Positions 49,293 through 60,695 are shown, counted from the first letter of the stretch. The stretch: DNA of 64,000 bases from Blastocatellia bacterium (GCA_963765495.1 CAVXWP010000009.1:448001-512000), one strand, 5' to 3'. The notes: generated by a model not told the origin, from the sequence alone. A program made the numbers and translations.

Positions 49293-49353
49293 GCCACAGA
49301 GACACAAAGACACAGAGAAATTTTATAATCTTTTCTCTGTGACTCTGTGGCTA
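49293..49353. repeat. Inverted octamer element, copy 2
   Basis: GCCACAGA-GACACAAA-GACACAGA...CTCTGTGACTCTGTGGC. Confidence 0.85.
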
Positions 49354-49426
49354 CTGCTGGACTCTTACCGCAGAGAAGCATTCTTGATACTGCTCGTTTT
49401 CGGTGTTCCACTGCGCCGGGATATTC

Positions 49427-49840
49427 TTATCTGGGTTTATTCTCTGCCGCCTGAAGCGTTCTCATATTTGAGTTCTCTTCTTCAGAATTCACCTTTATCA
49501 CGACATCGCCCGGGCGAACCAGCCCGAGGTTTTGTCTTGCGATTGATTCAATAAAGCGCGGGTTGGTCTTCAGTAATTTGACCTCGTTGGCCAACCTCTC
49601 GGTTTCGATCTTCAGGTCTTCGACCCGTTGCGCGGCAGCTTGATTCTTACTTATGGCCGCCTCGATCTCTTCGCCCGTGCGCCAGTAGGCGGATACGCAA
49701 AGAGCAGCGGCGCTCAGAATTATCATAGCAATCAAACCATCTATTAGACGGTGAGAATTGACTTTCTGTTTCATGATGTGGCTCACCCTTGTGGATGAGT
49801 TTAATTGATTGACCAGTAATGTATTAACCGCTTGACTCAC
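49427..49840 (-). CDS. Septum formation initiator (FtsB/DivIC family)
   Basis: TM helix plus coiled coil, IESIARQNLGLVRPGD; GTG start after GGAGG. Confidence 0.88.
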   Translation of the reverse strand: MSQAVNTLLVNQLNSSTRVSHIMKQKVNSHRLIDGLIAMIILSAAALCVSAYWRTGEEIEAAISKNQAAAQRVEDLKIETERLANEVKLLKTNPRFIESIARQNLGLVRPGDVVIKVNSEEENSNMRTLQAAENKPR

Positions 49841-49878
49841 CTGACACCTCCAAACTTGATCGCCAGCAACCACGGCCC

Positions 49879-49887
49879 TTATCCACA
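49879..49887 (+). promoter_or_regulatory. DnaA box
   Basis: Perfect TTATCCACA; near-matches at 49790-49798 and 50157-50165. Confidence 0.5.
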
Positions 49888-50363
49888 CCCGGGTCCGCAG
49901 AGACAAGTGCGCTCATCAGCGAAATTTACCCGCTAATCTGTATGATGTTTTATTTCTTGATTAACTATTTAGCCTTTGAAGGCAAGAGCGATACTAAGTT
50001 TGTTTGAACCTGTTTTTCTCTTCTTAAGTGGACGTCAAGACTCCTGTGGGGGACAGGCTTGCTGACAGGTTGGGACTTTACCACCTTTCGCCTGGCAGTG
50101 CAACACTTTTTTTTTGAATATTTCAAAGCGGCAAGTTGACGTTCTACTTTAACAGTTTATTCACGCTCTCGATCTTCTGAAACTGCGAGGCCAGACGACC
50201 GATTGCAAATGAATGGTTGGGAACCGGCTCCGCTTTGGATCAGATATGATCTTGCGGATACGGTCTCTTATTGCGAGCCGACCTTAAAATCATTATGCTT
50301 TGTGACTGCCGAGCGATACGGCTCAAAATCGGATGGTTTAAAAACATTTGGAGGTACATACTT

Positions 50364-51317
50364 TTGCCTGATTATGTCAGTTCGACTGTCGAGCACATAA
50401 AGGGTGAGATAAGCAAGGCCATAGTCGGCCAGGACCAGGTAATAGAACAGGTTTTGATCGCGCTGTTGACCGAGGGACACGCCCTGATCGAAGGCGTACC
50501 GGGGACGGCCAAGACGCTGCTGGTAAAGGTGCTCGCCAGAGTGATTGGGGCGGATTTCGGGCGCATCCAGTTTACCCCTGATCTTATGCCCGCCGATGTG
50601 ACGGGGACAAATATATTCAACATGTCCACCTCGACCTTTACCTTGAGGCAGGGGCCCCTGTTTACCGACCTCTTGCTTGCCGACGAGATCAACCGCACTC
50701 CGCCAAAGACTCAGGCGGCGCTGCTCGAAGCCATGGAAGAACGGCAGGTCACAATTGACGGCGATCTGCACAAGCTGTCGCCGATGTTCACCGTGCTCGC
50801 CACTCAAAACCCGATTGAATATGAAGGCACTTATCCGCTGCCCGAGGCTCAGTTGGACCGATTCATTTTGAAGATACTGGTCAGCTATCCAAACGCCGAA
50901 GAGGAGTTGCGGGTGGTCTCGAACTGGAATCAGGGGTTTAATGCGCGCCGTCTGGAAGACCTCGACCTGCGCCCCCTGTCCGATCCAGCGGCCATTCTGG
51001 AATGCCGCTCGCTCGTGCGGCGCATTACGGTAGAGGAAGGCATCCAGCGATACATAGTCTCAATCGTTCGGGGCACTCGCGAAGCCATAAATATCTCGTG
51101 GGGCGCAAGCCCGCGCGCAGCCGTAGCCTTGCTGCTCTGTTCCAAGGCGCTTGCGGCCATTCGTGGCCGCGATTTCGTCACACCAGACGATGTGAAAGAG
51201 GTAACCCGTCCCGTGCTGCGCCACCGAATAATCCTGCGCTCAGAGGCTGAGATCGAAGGCACTTCGGCCGATCAGGTTCTCGACGAGGTGACGGCAGGGA
51301 TAGAGGTGCCGAGATGA
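50364..51317 (+). CDS. MoxR-family AAA+ ATPase
   Basis: [38 protein letters not shown]; TTG start after GGAGG. Confidence 0.96.
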   Translation: MPDYVSSTVEHIKGEISKAIVGQDQVIEQVLIALLTEGHALIEGVPGTAKTLLVKVLARVIGADFGRIQFTPDLMPADVTGTNIFNMSTSTFTLRQGPLFTDLLLADEINRTPPKTQAALLEAMEERQVTIDGDLHKLSPMFTVLATQNPIEYEGTYPLPEAQLDRFILKILVSYPNAEEELRVVSNWNQGFNARRLEDLDLRPLSDPAAILECRSLVRRITVEEGIQRYIVSIVRGTREAINISWGASPRAAVALLLCSKALAAIRGRDFVTPDDVKEVTRPVLRHRIILRSEAEIEGTSADQVLDEVTAGIEVPR

Positions 51318-51424
51318 TTCGTGATGCGTGATGCGTGACTTTCAGGAAGTCCACAGGTTTAAGACAACTTGCAAGCCTGCTTGCGTCACGAATCACGAAT
51401 CACAAATCACTGAGCGCATCACGT
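51315..51424. repeat. Inverted heptamer element (CGTGATG family)
   Basis: Begins on the MoxR TGA; ends directly before the NUDIX ATG. Confidence 0.88.
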
Positions 51425-51919
51425 ATGAACAAGGAACCGATTCCGGCGGCGGCTGTCGCATTTGTCAGAGACACGGAGCGCGGCATAGAAGTCTATCTGA
51501 GTCGCCGCCCGATGCATTTTCGATATTATCCCGGCGCATTCGTCTTTCCCGGCGGACGGCGCGATCTGGAGGACCGCGACCTGAAGGCCACGGCCTGCCG
51601 CGAAGTGAAAGAAGAGATCGGAATGGATATTGATCCCGAAAAGCTCGTGCCTCTAAGAGATATAAACACAAGCGCGCACGCCGGTCCCGTCTATCACATG
51701 CTGACTTTCGCATATCCGGTCGAGATGGAATTTAAAACCTCGATCAACCGCGACGAGATCGAAGAAGAGATATGGGCTACCCCTAAAGAGGCATTGACTC
51801 ACCTTGATCTGCCTTACCAGATTCGGGCCGCCGTCCACACGATTTCGAGCTTTCCGAGCGTAGCCGAGTTGTTAGAGGCTCTATCGTCGGGCAGCATTGA
51901 CGAGGATTACTGGTTTTGA
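51425..51919 (+). CDS. NUDIX hydrolase
   Basis: VFPGG..D..D...[13 protein letters not shown] Nudix box. Confidence 0.9.
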   Translation: MNKEPIPAAAVAFVRDTERGIEVYLSRRPMHFRYYPGAFVFPGGRRDLEDRDLKATACREVKEEIGMDIDPEKLVPLRDINTSAHAGPVYHMLTFAYPVEMEFKTSINRDEIEEEIWATPKEALTHLDLPYQIRAAVHTISSFPSVAELLEALSSGSIDEDYWF

Positions 51920-53235
51920 ATTTTGTCTTCACAACAAAGTTTTTCGTGCTGCTGGCTGTCGGGCTTGCTCTGCTCTCCGTCGGCTGGTTGAACCACGACG
52001 CGCTATATATAACGATCCTCTATGATCTGGCATTGATTGGGGTCACGGTCGCGGATTATCTGATTTCGGAAAAGGCGCGCGATTTCCGCGTCGAGCGGGA
52101 TATGGAAGAGCGATTTGCGATGGGCGCTGAAAATCAGGTATCGGTCAAGATCACAAATCGCGCGCGGCGGCGTGTCACTTTTATTATCAAGGATGAGTAC
52201 CCGTCTCAGATGGAGTTGACGGACCCACGCGAGGTGCGTTTGACCGTTCCACCGGGTCGGGCGCGCACGTGGCGCTACAATTTGCTTCCGACCGCGCGAG
52301 GCAGCTACGGTTTCGGCAAGACGGGGCTTCGGTTTCGCACGCGCATGGGGCTCTTGTGGCGGCAATTGAATTACGCTACCTCGCGGGAGGTAAAGGTCTA
52401 TCCCGACATCCGCGAAGCAAAAAAGAACGAGCTTTACGCGCACCGCAATCGCCAGATAAATCCGGGGCTTAGAAGAATGCGTCTGCGCGGGCAGGGGCGC
52501 GAGTTTGAGTCCCTGCGCGATTTCGTCATAGGCGATGAGATACGCCATATCTCCTGGGGGGCGACGGCTCGCCGGGGCAAGCTCATTACCCGGCAGTACA
52601 CCATCGAGCGCAGCCAGAACATAGTAGTGTTGCTCGACACAGGCCGATTGATGACGGCGCGTATAGGAAAGCTTTCAAAACTCGACCACGCCATCAACGC
52701 TACGCTCTCAATCGCCTACGTAGCGGCGACAGGAGGTGACAACATAGGGCTTGTAGCCTTTTCGCGGCGCGTCATCAGCTACCTGCCACCGCATCGCGGG
52801 CGAGATCAGGTCAATCGCTTGATGGAATCGCTTTACAACATCGAGCCTCAGATGATCGAGCCGAGTTATGCCCGCGCATTCAATTTTTTCAGCGCGAACT
52901 GGCACCGCCGCTCGCTGGTCATCATATTGACCGACCTCGTAGACCGAGATGCATCAGCCGAACTGCTCGCGCACACATCCAAGCTCGTACCCCGTCATCT
53001 TCCTCTGATCGTTACAATAGGCGATACGGATTTGCGAGAGATGGTCCGCTCTGCGCCCGCCAAGGCTGCCGATGTCTATCGCCAGAGCGTTGCCGAAGAG
53101 ATATTGCGTCAGCGCGAAGAGGCTCTTTCACGCATACGACGGGCGGGCGGACTTGCGCTCGACGTACCTGCGCACCATCTCTCGCTAGAACTGGTCAACA
53201 AGTATCTGGAAGTGAAAGAACGAGGACTGCTTTGA
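51916..53235 (+). CDS. DUF58 domain protein
   Basis: [32 protein letters not shown]. Confidence 0.93.
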   Translation: MNFVFTTKFFVLLAVGLALLSVGWLNHDALYITILYDLALIGVTVADYLISEKARDFRVERDMEERFAMGAENQVSVKITNRARRRVTFIIKDEYPSQMELTDPREVRLTVPPGRARTWRYNLLPTARGSYGFGKTGLRFRTRMGLLWRQLNYATSREVKVYPDIREAKKNELYAHRNRQINPGLRRMRLRGQGREFESLRDFVIGDEIRHISWGATARRGKLITRQYTIERSQNIVVLLDTGRLMTARIGKLSKLDHAINATLSIAYVAATGGDNIGLVAFSRRVISYLPPHRGRDQVNRLMESLYNIEPQMIEPSYARAFNFFSANWHRRSLVIILTDLVDRDASAELLAHTSKLVPRHLPLIVTIGDTDLREMVRSAPAKAADVYRQSVAEEILRQREEALSRIRRAGGLALDVPAHHLSLELVNKYLEVKERGLL

Positions 53236-53364
53236 GGGATGAGGGATGAGGGATGAGGGATGAACCGGACTCTCAGGGATTGTCTTGATAACATGCGAAC
53301 TGCTTTTTACCGAATACTCGCACCACAGTCCGGTTCATCCCTCATCCCTCATCCCTCATCCCTC
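53234..53364. repeat. Perfect 38-bp inverted repeat built from (GAGGGAT)4
   Basis: Arms 53234-53271 and 53327-53364, 55-nt spacer; overlaps both convergent stop codons. Confidence 0.92.
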
Positions 53365-54299
53365 CGAAGGTCTGGTTTCAGGAAATAAGCTGTCAAGAAA
53401 ATCGCGCTAACAGCGGAGACAGAAAATTTATATACGGGCGAGATGTGAGCGGGCGAGATAAAGCCTTCTATCAATCCGGCGATCAGCAGCATAGGGATGC
53501 AGCCAAGTATCAGCTTTATCGCAAGGCTTCCGTTTGTGACCAGTGCGTCTATGCGCCGAAGATCGCCCGGCATGAGTAAGGCTTTGCCTATGAGCAGACC
53601 CGCGCCTCCCGCAATAAAGATGGCCGATAACTCGATGACGCCATGACCTGTGACGAAGATGGGAATCTCCCAGAAGCGGTACTTGAAACACAACCCCATA
53701 ATGAGTCCGAAAGACAAACCGTTAGAAGCCAACACCAGAACAGTTACAATCCCTACGAATATACCTCCGGCGAAAGCCAGGAAGGTGACATATATGTTGT
53801 TGGTTTGAATCACCGATGACGCGAGCGGGTTGGCCTTGTTGACCTCTTCGGTCCAGTTCTCGTGCGCGATGATGGCTTGCTTCTGCTGCGGAGCCACGCG
53901 GTCGGCGAAGTTTTCATCAAGGTAGCTTACGCCGAAACCGAACACCGCCGGAGCCAAAAAGATGAGAAACGATACGAGCGTATAGCGAAAGGTTTGCCTG
54001 AAAACGGCGGGCAATTCGTAACGGAAAAAAGAGAGAAACACGCCAAACCCCGAAGATTCGCTGCGATAGATCGCGCCGTGCGCTCGCGCTACGAGGTGGT
54101 TCAGATAGTTGACCAGTCGCTGATCGCGCACCTCTTCGCGGGCGATTGCCAGATCGGCCGCCGTGCGGCGATAGAGGCGGCCAAACTCGCGCACCTCTTC
54201 CCCGTTAAGATTTCTCAAGCGATAGCGGCTTGCGCGAGCCGTCAACTCTTCGAGCCGCTTCCACTTTTCCAGCCTCGATCCGAGAAAATCTTTTAGCAT
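53349..54299 (-). CDS. Stage II sporulation protein M (DUF95) family membrane protein
   Basis: LYRRTAADLA, YLNHLVARAH, HGVIEL, AGLIEGFISP. Confidence 0.92.
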   Translation of the reverse strand: MLKDFLGSRLEKWKRLEELTARASRYRLRNLNGEEVREFGRLYRRTAADLAIAREEVRDQRLVNYLNHLVARAHGAIYRSESSGFGVFLSFFRYELPAVFRQTFRYTLVSFLIFLAPAVFGFGVSYLDENFADRVAPQQKQAIIAHENWTEEVNKANPLASSVIQTNNIYVTFLAFAGGIFVGIVTVLVLASNGLSFGLIMGLCFKYRFWEIPIFVTGHGVIELSAIFIAGGAGLLIGKALLMPGDLRRIDALVTNGSLAIKLILGCIPMLLIAGLIEGFISPAHISPVYKFSVSAVSAIFLTAYFLKPDLRRDEG

Positions 54300-54362
54300 C
54301 CTACCCCCGATGAGCTAGGTTAACACGGACGCGTCGAAACTGCTACAATTTGAAATCTCGAT

Positions 54363-55349
54363 ATGCCTTTTTCATCGCTGGTTGGAAACGAAAGAATAAA
54401 GAAGCTGCTTTGTCGCGCCGTGGCCGAGGGACGCACGACTCAGGGCTTGATTATGGCCGGGCCGCGCGGGGTGGGAAAATATCGCTTCGCTCTGGCGCTC
54501 GCGCAGGCGGTCAACTGCCTCCGTCCTGTCGAAGGTGATGCCTGCGGAAAGTGTCTGTCATGTATAAAGATGGCCGCAGGCGAACTGACAGATGTGCAAA
54601 CTATAAAACGCGACGAAAAAAGACAGGCCATCGTAGTCAAACAGATGCGCGAGATGTCGAGCGAGGTGCAGTTTCGCCCTTATGAGGCTCGTCGCCGCGT
54701 TTATATCATTGACGAAGCGGAGAGGTTAAATGATACTGCGGCCACCTCTATTCTCAAGACGCTCGAAGAACCTCCAGATACTTCGTTGATCATTCTGATC
54801 ACGTCGAAGCCCTACGCGCTGCTTGAAACCATAAGGTCACGCTGTCAGATGTTGAGCTTCGGCCCGCTCACATCATCTGAGCTTGAATCTTATTTGAAGG
54901 CAAATTTCAAACGGCCCGTCGAAGAGATTCGCCTGCTTGCCAGGCTTGCGCGTGGCAGCATCGGCCACGCTCTTGAAATAGACCTGGGCGAGTATCGCAA
55001 GAAACGCGGCTCGATGATGGAGATCATCGAAGCGCTGGCAATATCGCGCGATGCCATAAAACTTATGGATGCGGCAGAGCATCTGGGCCGCAAGCTGGAA
55101 CGCCCCGAGTTTGAAAATCACATCGATGTGCTGATGGTCCTGCTGACCGACCTCTTTCATTTGAAGCTTGGCGAGCCGATAGATTCACTCACCAACGCCG
55201 ATATGGGCTCCAGATTGGAACGGGCGGCGGAGGCGGCTACGCTAGATCAAATAATGGATTGGATCGGGCGAATCGAGGTGGTATTGCAGGGAATGAATCG
55301 CAACGTCAATCGCCAGCTTGCGATGGAGGCCGCCTTGATTGCCGTATAG
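54363..55349 (+). CDS. holB: DNA polymerase III subunit delta'
   Basis: GPRGVGK, CxxCxxC zinc module, LKTLEEPP, TIRSRCQ. Confidence 0.93.
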   Translation: MPFSSLVGNERIKKLLCRAVAEGRTTQGLIMAGPRGVGKYRFALALAQAVNCLRPVEGDACGKCLSCIKMAAGELTDVQTIKRDEKRQAIVVKQMREMSSEVQFRPYEARRRVYIIDEAERLNDTAATSILKTLEEPPDTSLIILITSKPYALLETIRSRCQMLSFGPLTSSELESYLKANFKRPVEEIRLLARLARGSIGHALEIDLGEYRKKRGSMMEIIEALAISRDAIKLMDAAEHLGRKLERPEFENHIDVLMVLLTDLFHLKLGEPIDSLTNADMGSRLERAAEAATLDQIMDWIGRIEVVLQGMNRNVNRQLAMEAALIAV

Positions 55350-55415
55350 ACTGTTTTTCCGCGTGGATGCAGGAGCGCTCCTACAGGCTGCATTCATTTG
55401 AGAACCGATATAACC

Positions 55416-56312
55416 CTATCCATTCAGACTCTCACGTTCTTTCATGAGAATCGCCGTCGGAGGCGCGTGATCGTGACGACTCCATCGCTCAAGCATGCCT
55501 CGTCTTAGAAATTCCGCCTTGGCTCTGAGCGTTATGTCGCTTTGCAGGCGCGGCTCAAACCGATGGTCATAAACATAGGCTTTCACGCGAACTACCATGA
55601 AAGGCCCGTCCTGAAAACGATCCTGCAACAGCACTACCACAGGCTTGGACAAAAGGATGTAAGGCGAGCTATAAGCCGCTTCATAGCCTATTTCCATCAC
55701 CTCATCGGGAGGCGTATCGTGCGGCAAAAACAGGTCGGTCACGACCTGACAATCGGGCACTCCGGAATTCGCGTTCCACGCCTTGCCGCTCAGTATGTCG
55801 CTGTTCGGGATCGTCACGCGAGTGTCGTCAGGCGTAGTCAGCTTGGTGCTTCGCAAACCGATGTGATCAATCTCGCCGTAAGCATCCCCGATCTTTACCC
55901 GGTCGCCAAGCTGATAGGGGCGGTCCACGAGGATGACAAGCCCGCCTATCAGATTCTTGATCAGGTCTTGCGCGCCCAGACCGAGTGCGATGCCTACGGA
56001 GGCCAGCACCGCGAGCAACGTATCGCGCGAAGGCGAGAATATCGAGAGGACTATCACGGTCCCGATTATCCACAGCAGAAATCTGAACGCGGGCATGAGA
56101 AGTTTGAAGAAGAACCGGGCGCGTGGAGCGCGTCGGCTCAGAGCCCCGAGCGTAGCATCGGTGAACCGCACAAGCAGGTATATGGCTGCCATCACAAGAA
56201 TGGAGTAAAAAATTCTTGCGGTTGAAAACCTCTCAAGTATCTGAATGGGCGATTCGATGTCGGGTTGAAAGGCGGGTAAGATTAAGAGAAATTTGATAGC
56301 TGTCATATTCAT
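55416..56312 (-). CDS. MscS-family mechanosensitive channel
   Basis: [35 protein letters not shown]. Confidence 0.94.
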   Translation of the reverse strand: MNMTAIKFLLILPAFQPDIESPIQILERFSTARIFYSILVMAAIYLLVRFTDATLGALSRRAPRARFFFKLLMPAFRFLLWIIGTVIVLSIFSPSRDTLLAVLASVGIALGLGAQDLIKNLIGGLVILVDRPYQLGDRVKIGDAYGEIDHIGLRSTKLTTPDDTRVTIPNSDILSGKAWNANSGVPDCQVVTDLFLPHDTPPDEVMEIGYEAAYSSPYILLSKPVVVLLQDRFQDGPFMVVRVKAYVYDHRFEPRLQSDITLRAKAEFLRRGMLERWSRHDHAPPTAILMKERESLNG

Positions 56313-56393
56313 CCTCGTGCGCCCGACAACAAGAGCCTAGCTCCCTGTTCTGCCGGTCAGCGCAAAACAACGGCGGAGTTCGTTCCCAACCAT

Positions 56394-59219
56394 TCACATC
56401 AAATTGCGACGATAGAGCGCCTCTTTGACGACCCGCATAGCCTCGGGGCGCACTCGAAAGCCGGGCCGTCCGGGATCATTTTCTATGATCTCGCGCGCCA
56501 GCAACTCATCGATCTGAGCACGGCTGGCGGCAACGCTCTTCTGAAATACGGTCGCGTGCTCTTCGGGCGTGAGACTGCCGTGTTGGAGTATCGCTACAAG
56601 AGCGAACAGATCCGACAGATCGAGTGCGGCTATAACGGACGCGAGGTCCGAGGCAATGAGCGGTTTCATGTAGAGCACGCCCGCCTCTACAGTTTCAATA
56701 TGGCTCAACCAGATGTTGAAGGCCGTTCGAAAGACGCCGGCCGACTCTTTCTCAAGGGTGTCGAAAAAGATCGCCTCCGAATCGGCCTGGCCACGAAGCC
56801 TCCCGTTGAGCCTGTTGAGCAGGTTGCGCGCCTCGGGCGGCGAGGAAAAATGCAGTCGCAAACCCGAAAGGTTATGACGCAGCAGGATTGCCTCGCGCAA
56901 AGCATCACGGCTGACCGTGGCAGCATTTATTCGATGTGAAAAACTGCCGCCTAAAGCAACCGCCGCGTTCAAAAATCTGAAAGCCACCTGATTGACGGCC
57001 AGAACCCAGAGCGTGGATGAACAGCTAGCCGTGATCAATCTCTGGAGTGATCGAATTGCCATGTAATGACCTACCTGACGCAGAAAAGTACGTTCAAGTT
57101 CTTCGAGTATTATCACGCGACGACGTTCTGAGAGAAAACCTTCCAGCCGCGCCGGGTCATCAAGGTTCATCAGATTGGCCAGAAAAACGCGCAGTTCCGA
57201 TTCGCCCGGGAGCCGATCATGAAACTCTCCCCGGATTACCTCCATGCCTTCCAGAGACCGCTTCAGCGCGCAATTTATAAGGCTGGTCTTTCCGCTCCCG
57301 CGCTCTCCCACGATGATGATACCGGCCGGGCGACCCGCTTCCCAAAATGAGCGCGCCTGCGCGATGGCATCCATTTCCTGCTCGCGTCCGATGAGAAATC
57401 GCGGGTCTTCGAGCGCCTCGAATCTGAACAGCCGGCGGTATATCGCGGGCAATTCTTTGGAAGCGAGATCGGCGGAAAATTCCTGCGGCAGAAACGGCCT
57501 GATTATTATCTCTACTTTGCCCGCGCGCGGAGCCGACCTCCAGCCAATGTAGACGAGGAAGTGAAGCATCATCTTTTCGACAGCGCCGGGCAGGTTTTCG
57601 AATAGCCTCGTCAACACGGAACGAGCGCGGCGGCTGACCAGCACGGAGGCCCTCCCCATTCCCTGTTGAGCAAGATGGGTGAAGACGCCCAATTTGTGAC
57701 GACCGAGGACGAGTCGATTTTCAAGAAAGACCGAGGCCAGCGCCCGGGTCATCCTCCGGTCTGCGACAGGCTGCCAGTCGCGCATTTCGCCCGTTTCAAA
57801 TTCCAGAAGCGACAGAGCGTTTTCAAGCGATTCCTGAACGACTCGCGGATCGAAATCCTCTTCGATTCCTGCGGCCTCCTGTCCAAACGCGACCACTTCG
57901 CGCGCCCGCTCTATCTGTTCGACTATCCTCCGATGCTCGGATTCGACTTTCTTGAGCGCATTTGTTATCTCCCTCTGTCCATCTCTCAGGTATGCATCGT
58001 GGAAGGTCACCTTCGGGTCAAGCATCCGCATCCCGGCGCGACGGCGAGGAAAAGAGGTGAGCCTCGCCGGTATCTCGTAGGATTGATGAAAAATTTCGAG
58101 TTGCTTCCTGAGCCGGGCTTCCATATCAGACATCCTGCTCGGCAGGGGGACGACATCTGTCCTCGGTGCCGGAGAACCTTCCTCTGCGTTGCCTTTGATG
58201 CGCCCGCGCAGCCAGGTGATCGCCTCATCGAGTTCTGAGAGCAAACTGCTGCGTTCCAGACTCAGGCTCTCAAGCCCGCGCCTGAATATCTCAAGGGTCT
58301 GGTTCTCGGCGCGTTCAAGCGATATTTCCAGCCGGAGTTCAGTCTCTATGGCTCTCAGTTGCTCGGCGCGGTGAGTGACGAAGGCGGCGCGTTTGCGTGC
58401 CGGGTCGGGAGTTGTTCTTCTACGACTCCATATCACGTCGGAGAGCAATCGTGTTGCCAGGCGCTCGATAATGCTTTCCTGCCATTTTCTCCATCCGGCC
58501 AGGGCGCTTGCGGTCTGCCTCTTCAACGATTGAATTAATGTTTTTGCCGCCTCCCTTCGCGCCTCTATATCCTGCTCCGACAGGGTGTAACCGTTGACGG
58601 ATGAATCCAGAATCTCGCGCTCCATCTCCCAGGGTGTCTTCAACTGGTGGATGGCCTGCGCGAGAGCCAGAAAATACTGCGCTTCCAAGTCCAATCGCAA
58701 TCGAGCGAGCCGCCGTAACTCGTCGGCTATGACGGACTGAAGCGCGAGGGCGCGACCCTTACGCCGAAAGCGCGCAACCCGTAGCCTAACCCCGCCTTCT
58801 ACATGTCCGCCCAGAAGTTCAAGCGCCTGAATCCCATCCGTCTCGACGGTCTCCGGCAGAGAATTGATCAGATCATCCAGGCTCCGATCATAGGTCTCTA
58901 TGGCTCTTAACGCCCCTTTGTAAGGCCGGGTGCGGTCCCATTGCCTGACAGGTTCGATGAGAAGAGTTGAAGCGAGTTGCTGGCGCGCACGCTGAAACTG
59001 GTCGAGTTCTTCCGGGCTCGTTTTTTCTGCCGCGAGTCTGTTTACCTGATCGAGATGGCCGTCAAGAATGGTCTCAAGATCGCGCCAGGAGGCCTCCAGT
59101 TCGGCAAACAAACGGTCGTTGGATAAGCCCAACCGCTCAAGAACCCTGGCCCAGTTGTTTGCAAACTCGGAGTCTATCCCTAAAATTGGAGCGTGTTTAA
59201 TCATACTGGAAAGGCACAA
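56394..59219 (-). CDS. Large helical protein with C-terminal P-loop ATPase domain
   Basis: Walker A GERGSGKT, Walker B-like VIILEELE; IGREQE upstream; start uncertain. Confidence 0.8.
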   Translation of the reverse strand: MCLSSMIKHAPILGIDSEFANNWARVLERLGLSNDRLFAELEASWRDLETILDGHLDQVNRLAAEKTSPEELDQFQRARQQLASTLLIEPVRQWDRTRPYKGALRAIETYDRSLDDLINSLPETVETDGIQALELLGGHVEGGVRLRVARFRRKGRALALQSVIADELRRLARLRLDLEAQYFLALAQAIHQLKTPWEMEREILDSSVNGYTLSEQDIEARREAAKTLIQSLKRQTASALAGWRKWQESIIERLATRLLSDVIWSRRRTTPDPARKRAAFVTHRAEQLRAIETELRLEISLERAENQTLEIFRRGLESLSLERSSLLSELDEAITWLRGRIKGNAEEGSPAPRTDVVPLPSRMSDMEARLRKQLEIFHQSYEIPARLTSFPRRRAGMRMLDPKVTFHDAYLRDGQREITNALKKVESEHRRIVEQIERAREVVAFGQEAAGIEEDFDPRVVQESLENALSLLEFETGEMRDWQPVADRRMTRALASVFLENRLVLGRHKLGVFTHLAQQGMGRASVLVSRRARSVLTRLFENLPGAVEKMMLHFLVYIGWRSAPRAGKVEIIIRPFLPQEFSADLASKELPAIYRRLFRFEALEDPRFLIGREQEMDAIAQARSFWEAGRPAGIIIVGERGSGKTSLINCALKRSLEGMEVIRGEFHDRLPGESELRVFLANLMNLDDPARLEGFLSERRRVIILEELERTFLRQVGHYMAIRSLQRLITASCSSTLWVLAVNQVAFRFLNAAVALGGSFSHRINAATVSRDALREAILLRHNLSGLRLHFSSPPEARNLLNRLNGRLRGQADSEAIFFDTLEKESAGVFRTAFNIWLSHIETVEAGVLYMKPLIASDLASVIAALDLSDLFALVAILQHGSLTPEEHATVFQKSVAASRAQIDELLAREIIENDPGRPGFRVRPEAMRVVKEALYRRNLM

Positions 59220-59244
59220 TGCCGCTTACGTTTATTAATCTTTA

Positions 59245-59628
59245 TTACATCACGCGGTCTGTTTGAGTTGCCGATTTATCGGATGTGTAAACCTGAGGAG
59301 GCTGCTGTTTTAATTTCCCTTCGATCAGCATCCTGCCCCAATCGCACATGGCATGTATGACGGGCTTCAGGCTTTCGCCTAAAGGTGTCAGCGAATACTC
59401 AACCCTCGGCGGCACCTCCGGGTAGACCTCGCGATGAACGAGGCCGTCTTTTTCCATCTCGCGCAACTGCTGGGTGAGCATCTTCTGTGTGATATCCTTC
59501 ATTGCGCGCTGCAACTCGGAGAAGCGTTTTATGTCGTCGGACAGGTGGTAAAGGATCAGTATTTTCCAGCGTCCTCCGATAAGATTCAGAGTCGCTTCGG
59601 CAGGACATCTCGATTCTCTGCGTTTCAT
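59245..59628 (-). CDS. HxlR-family winged-helix regulator
   Basis: [31 protein letters not shown]. Confidence 0.94.
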   Translation of the reverse strand: MKRRESRCPAEATLNLIGGRWKILILYHLSDDIKRFSELQRAMKDITQKMLTQQLREMEKDGLVHREVYPEVPPRVEYSLTPLGESLKPVIHAMCDWGRMLIEGKLKQQPPQVYTSDKSATQTDRVM

Positions 59629-59641
59629 ATAAATCCTCCTC

Positions 59642-59677
59642 AGTATCCTGGAGGATACTATAGCACTCAAAAGTGCC
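59642..59677. promoter_or_regulatory. Palindromes in the divergent hxlR promoter (candidate operators)
   Basis: AGTATCCT-GG-AGGATACT and GCACT-CAAA-AGTGC. Confidence 0.45.
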
Positions 59678-59763
59678 TTCTTCCCACAGACTAAGCGCCG
59701 TGTTATACCAGATAACTGTGATGGAAAAAATATCAGTCTCGGACGCAAAGAAAGGATTATGAA

Positions 59764-60624
59764 ATGGCAGGTAAAATTTTAGTCACAGGCGCGACGGGCA
59801 AAGTCGGCAGCCAGGTAACAGAACAACTAGCCGCAAACAAGGCGCAGGTCCGCGCAACGGTTCGGCCCACAAGCAATCTTGATTCGCTCAGGCGAGTCGG
59901 GGCCGAGTCTATAGTCGTCGATCTGGCAAAGGCGGAGACGCTCGGCCCGGCTTTTGAGGGTGTAGAAAAGATATTTCTCGCCACGCCGGTCGTTCCAAAC
60001 GATGTAGAAATCACCGAAGGTTTGATAGCAGAAGCAAAGCGGGCGGGCGTCAAGCACGTAGTTCGGCTGTCGGTGACGGGTGTTGATGCGGAGCCGGGGA
60101 TGATTTTTACTCGAAAGCACCGTGAAATCGAAAAGATCATAAAAGAATCCGGCATCCCCTTCACTTTCGTGCGCCCAACTTTTTTCATGCAGAATTTTCT
60201 GGAGCTTCCCACGATCAAGAGCCAGGGTGCATTTTTTCAGCCGACGGGAGACGGCAAAGCGAGTTATGTCGATACGCGCGACATCGCAGCCGTGGCCACA
60301 GCCGCGCTCACCGAAGACGGGCACGAAGGCAAGTCTTATGAAGTTACCGGCCCCGAAGCGCTCTCGGCGTACGATGTGGCGGAGATTCTCTCATCGGTCA
60401 CGGGCAGGAAAATCACTTTCGTTGATGCTTCCGAAGAAGATACCCGCGCAGGTCTGAAAGCCGGAGGCGTGCCCGACTGGCTGGTCGAGGCATTGCTGGA
60501 ATTGAACCGATGGCAACGAGATGGTTTTGCAGAGGCCGTGTTGCCCGGAGTTGAGCAGGCGACCGGAAGAATGCCGATCTCGTTTGAGCAGTTTGTCAGA
60601 GACCATATCGAAGCTTTCAAATGA
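59764..60624 (+). CDS. NmrA-like atypical SDR oxidoreductase
   Basis: [23 protein letters not shown]. Confidence 0.92.
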   Translation: MAGKILVTGATGKVGSQVTEQLAANKAQVRATVRPTSNLDSLRRVGAESIVVDLAKAETLGPAFEGVEKIFLATPVVPNDVEITEGLIAEAKRAGVKHVVRLSVTGVDAEPGMIFTRKHREIEKIIKESGIPFTFVRPTFFMQNFLELPTIKSQGAFFQPTGDGKASYVDTRDIAAVATAALTEDGHEGKSYEVTGPEALSAYDVAEILSSVTGRKITFVDASEEDTRAGLKAGGVPDWLVEALLELNRWQRDGFAEAVLPGVEQATGRMPISFEQFVRDHIEAFK

Positions 60625-60695
60625 AACTCGCCACACTCAGGCATAAAGCTGTAAGCTTGTCTTGAAGACTATTTTTTCTGAATGGAGAACAGGCG

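Noticed and set aside
49790-50270. oriC
   Set aside because: Only one perfect DnaA box and no dnaA/dnaN/gidA context
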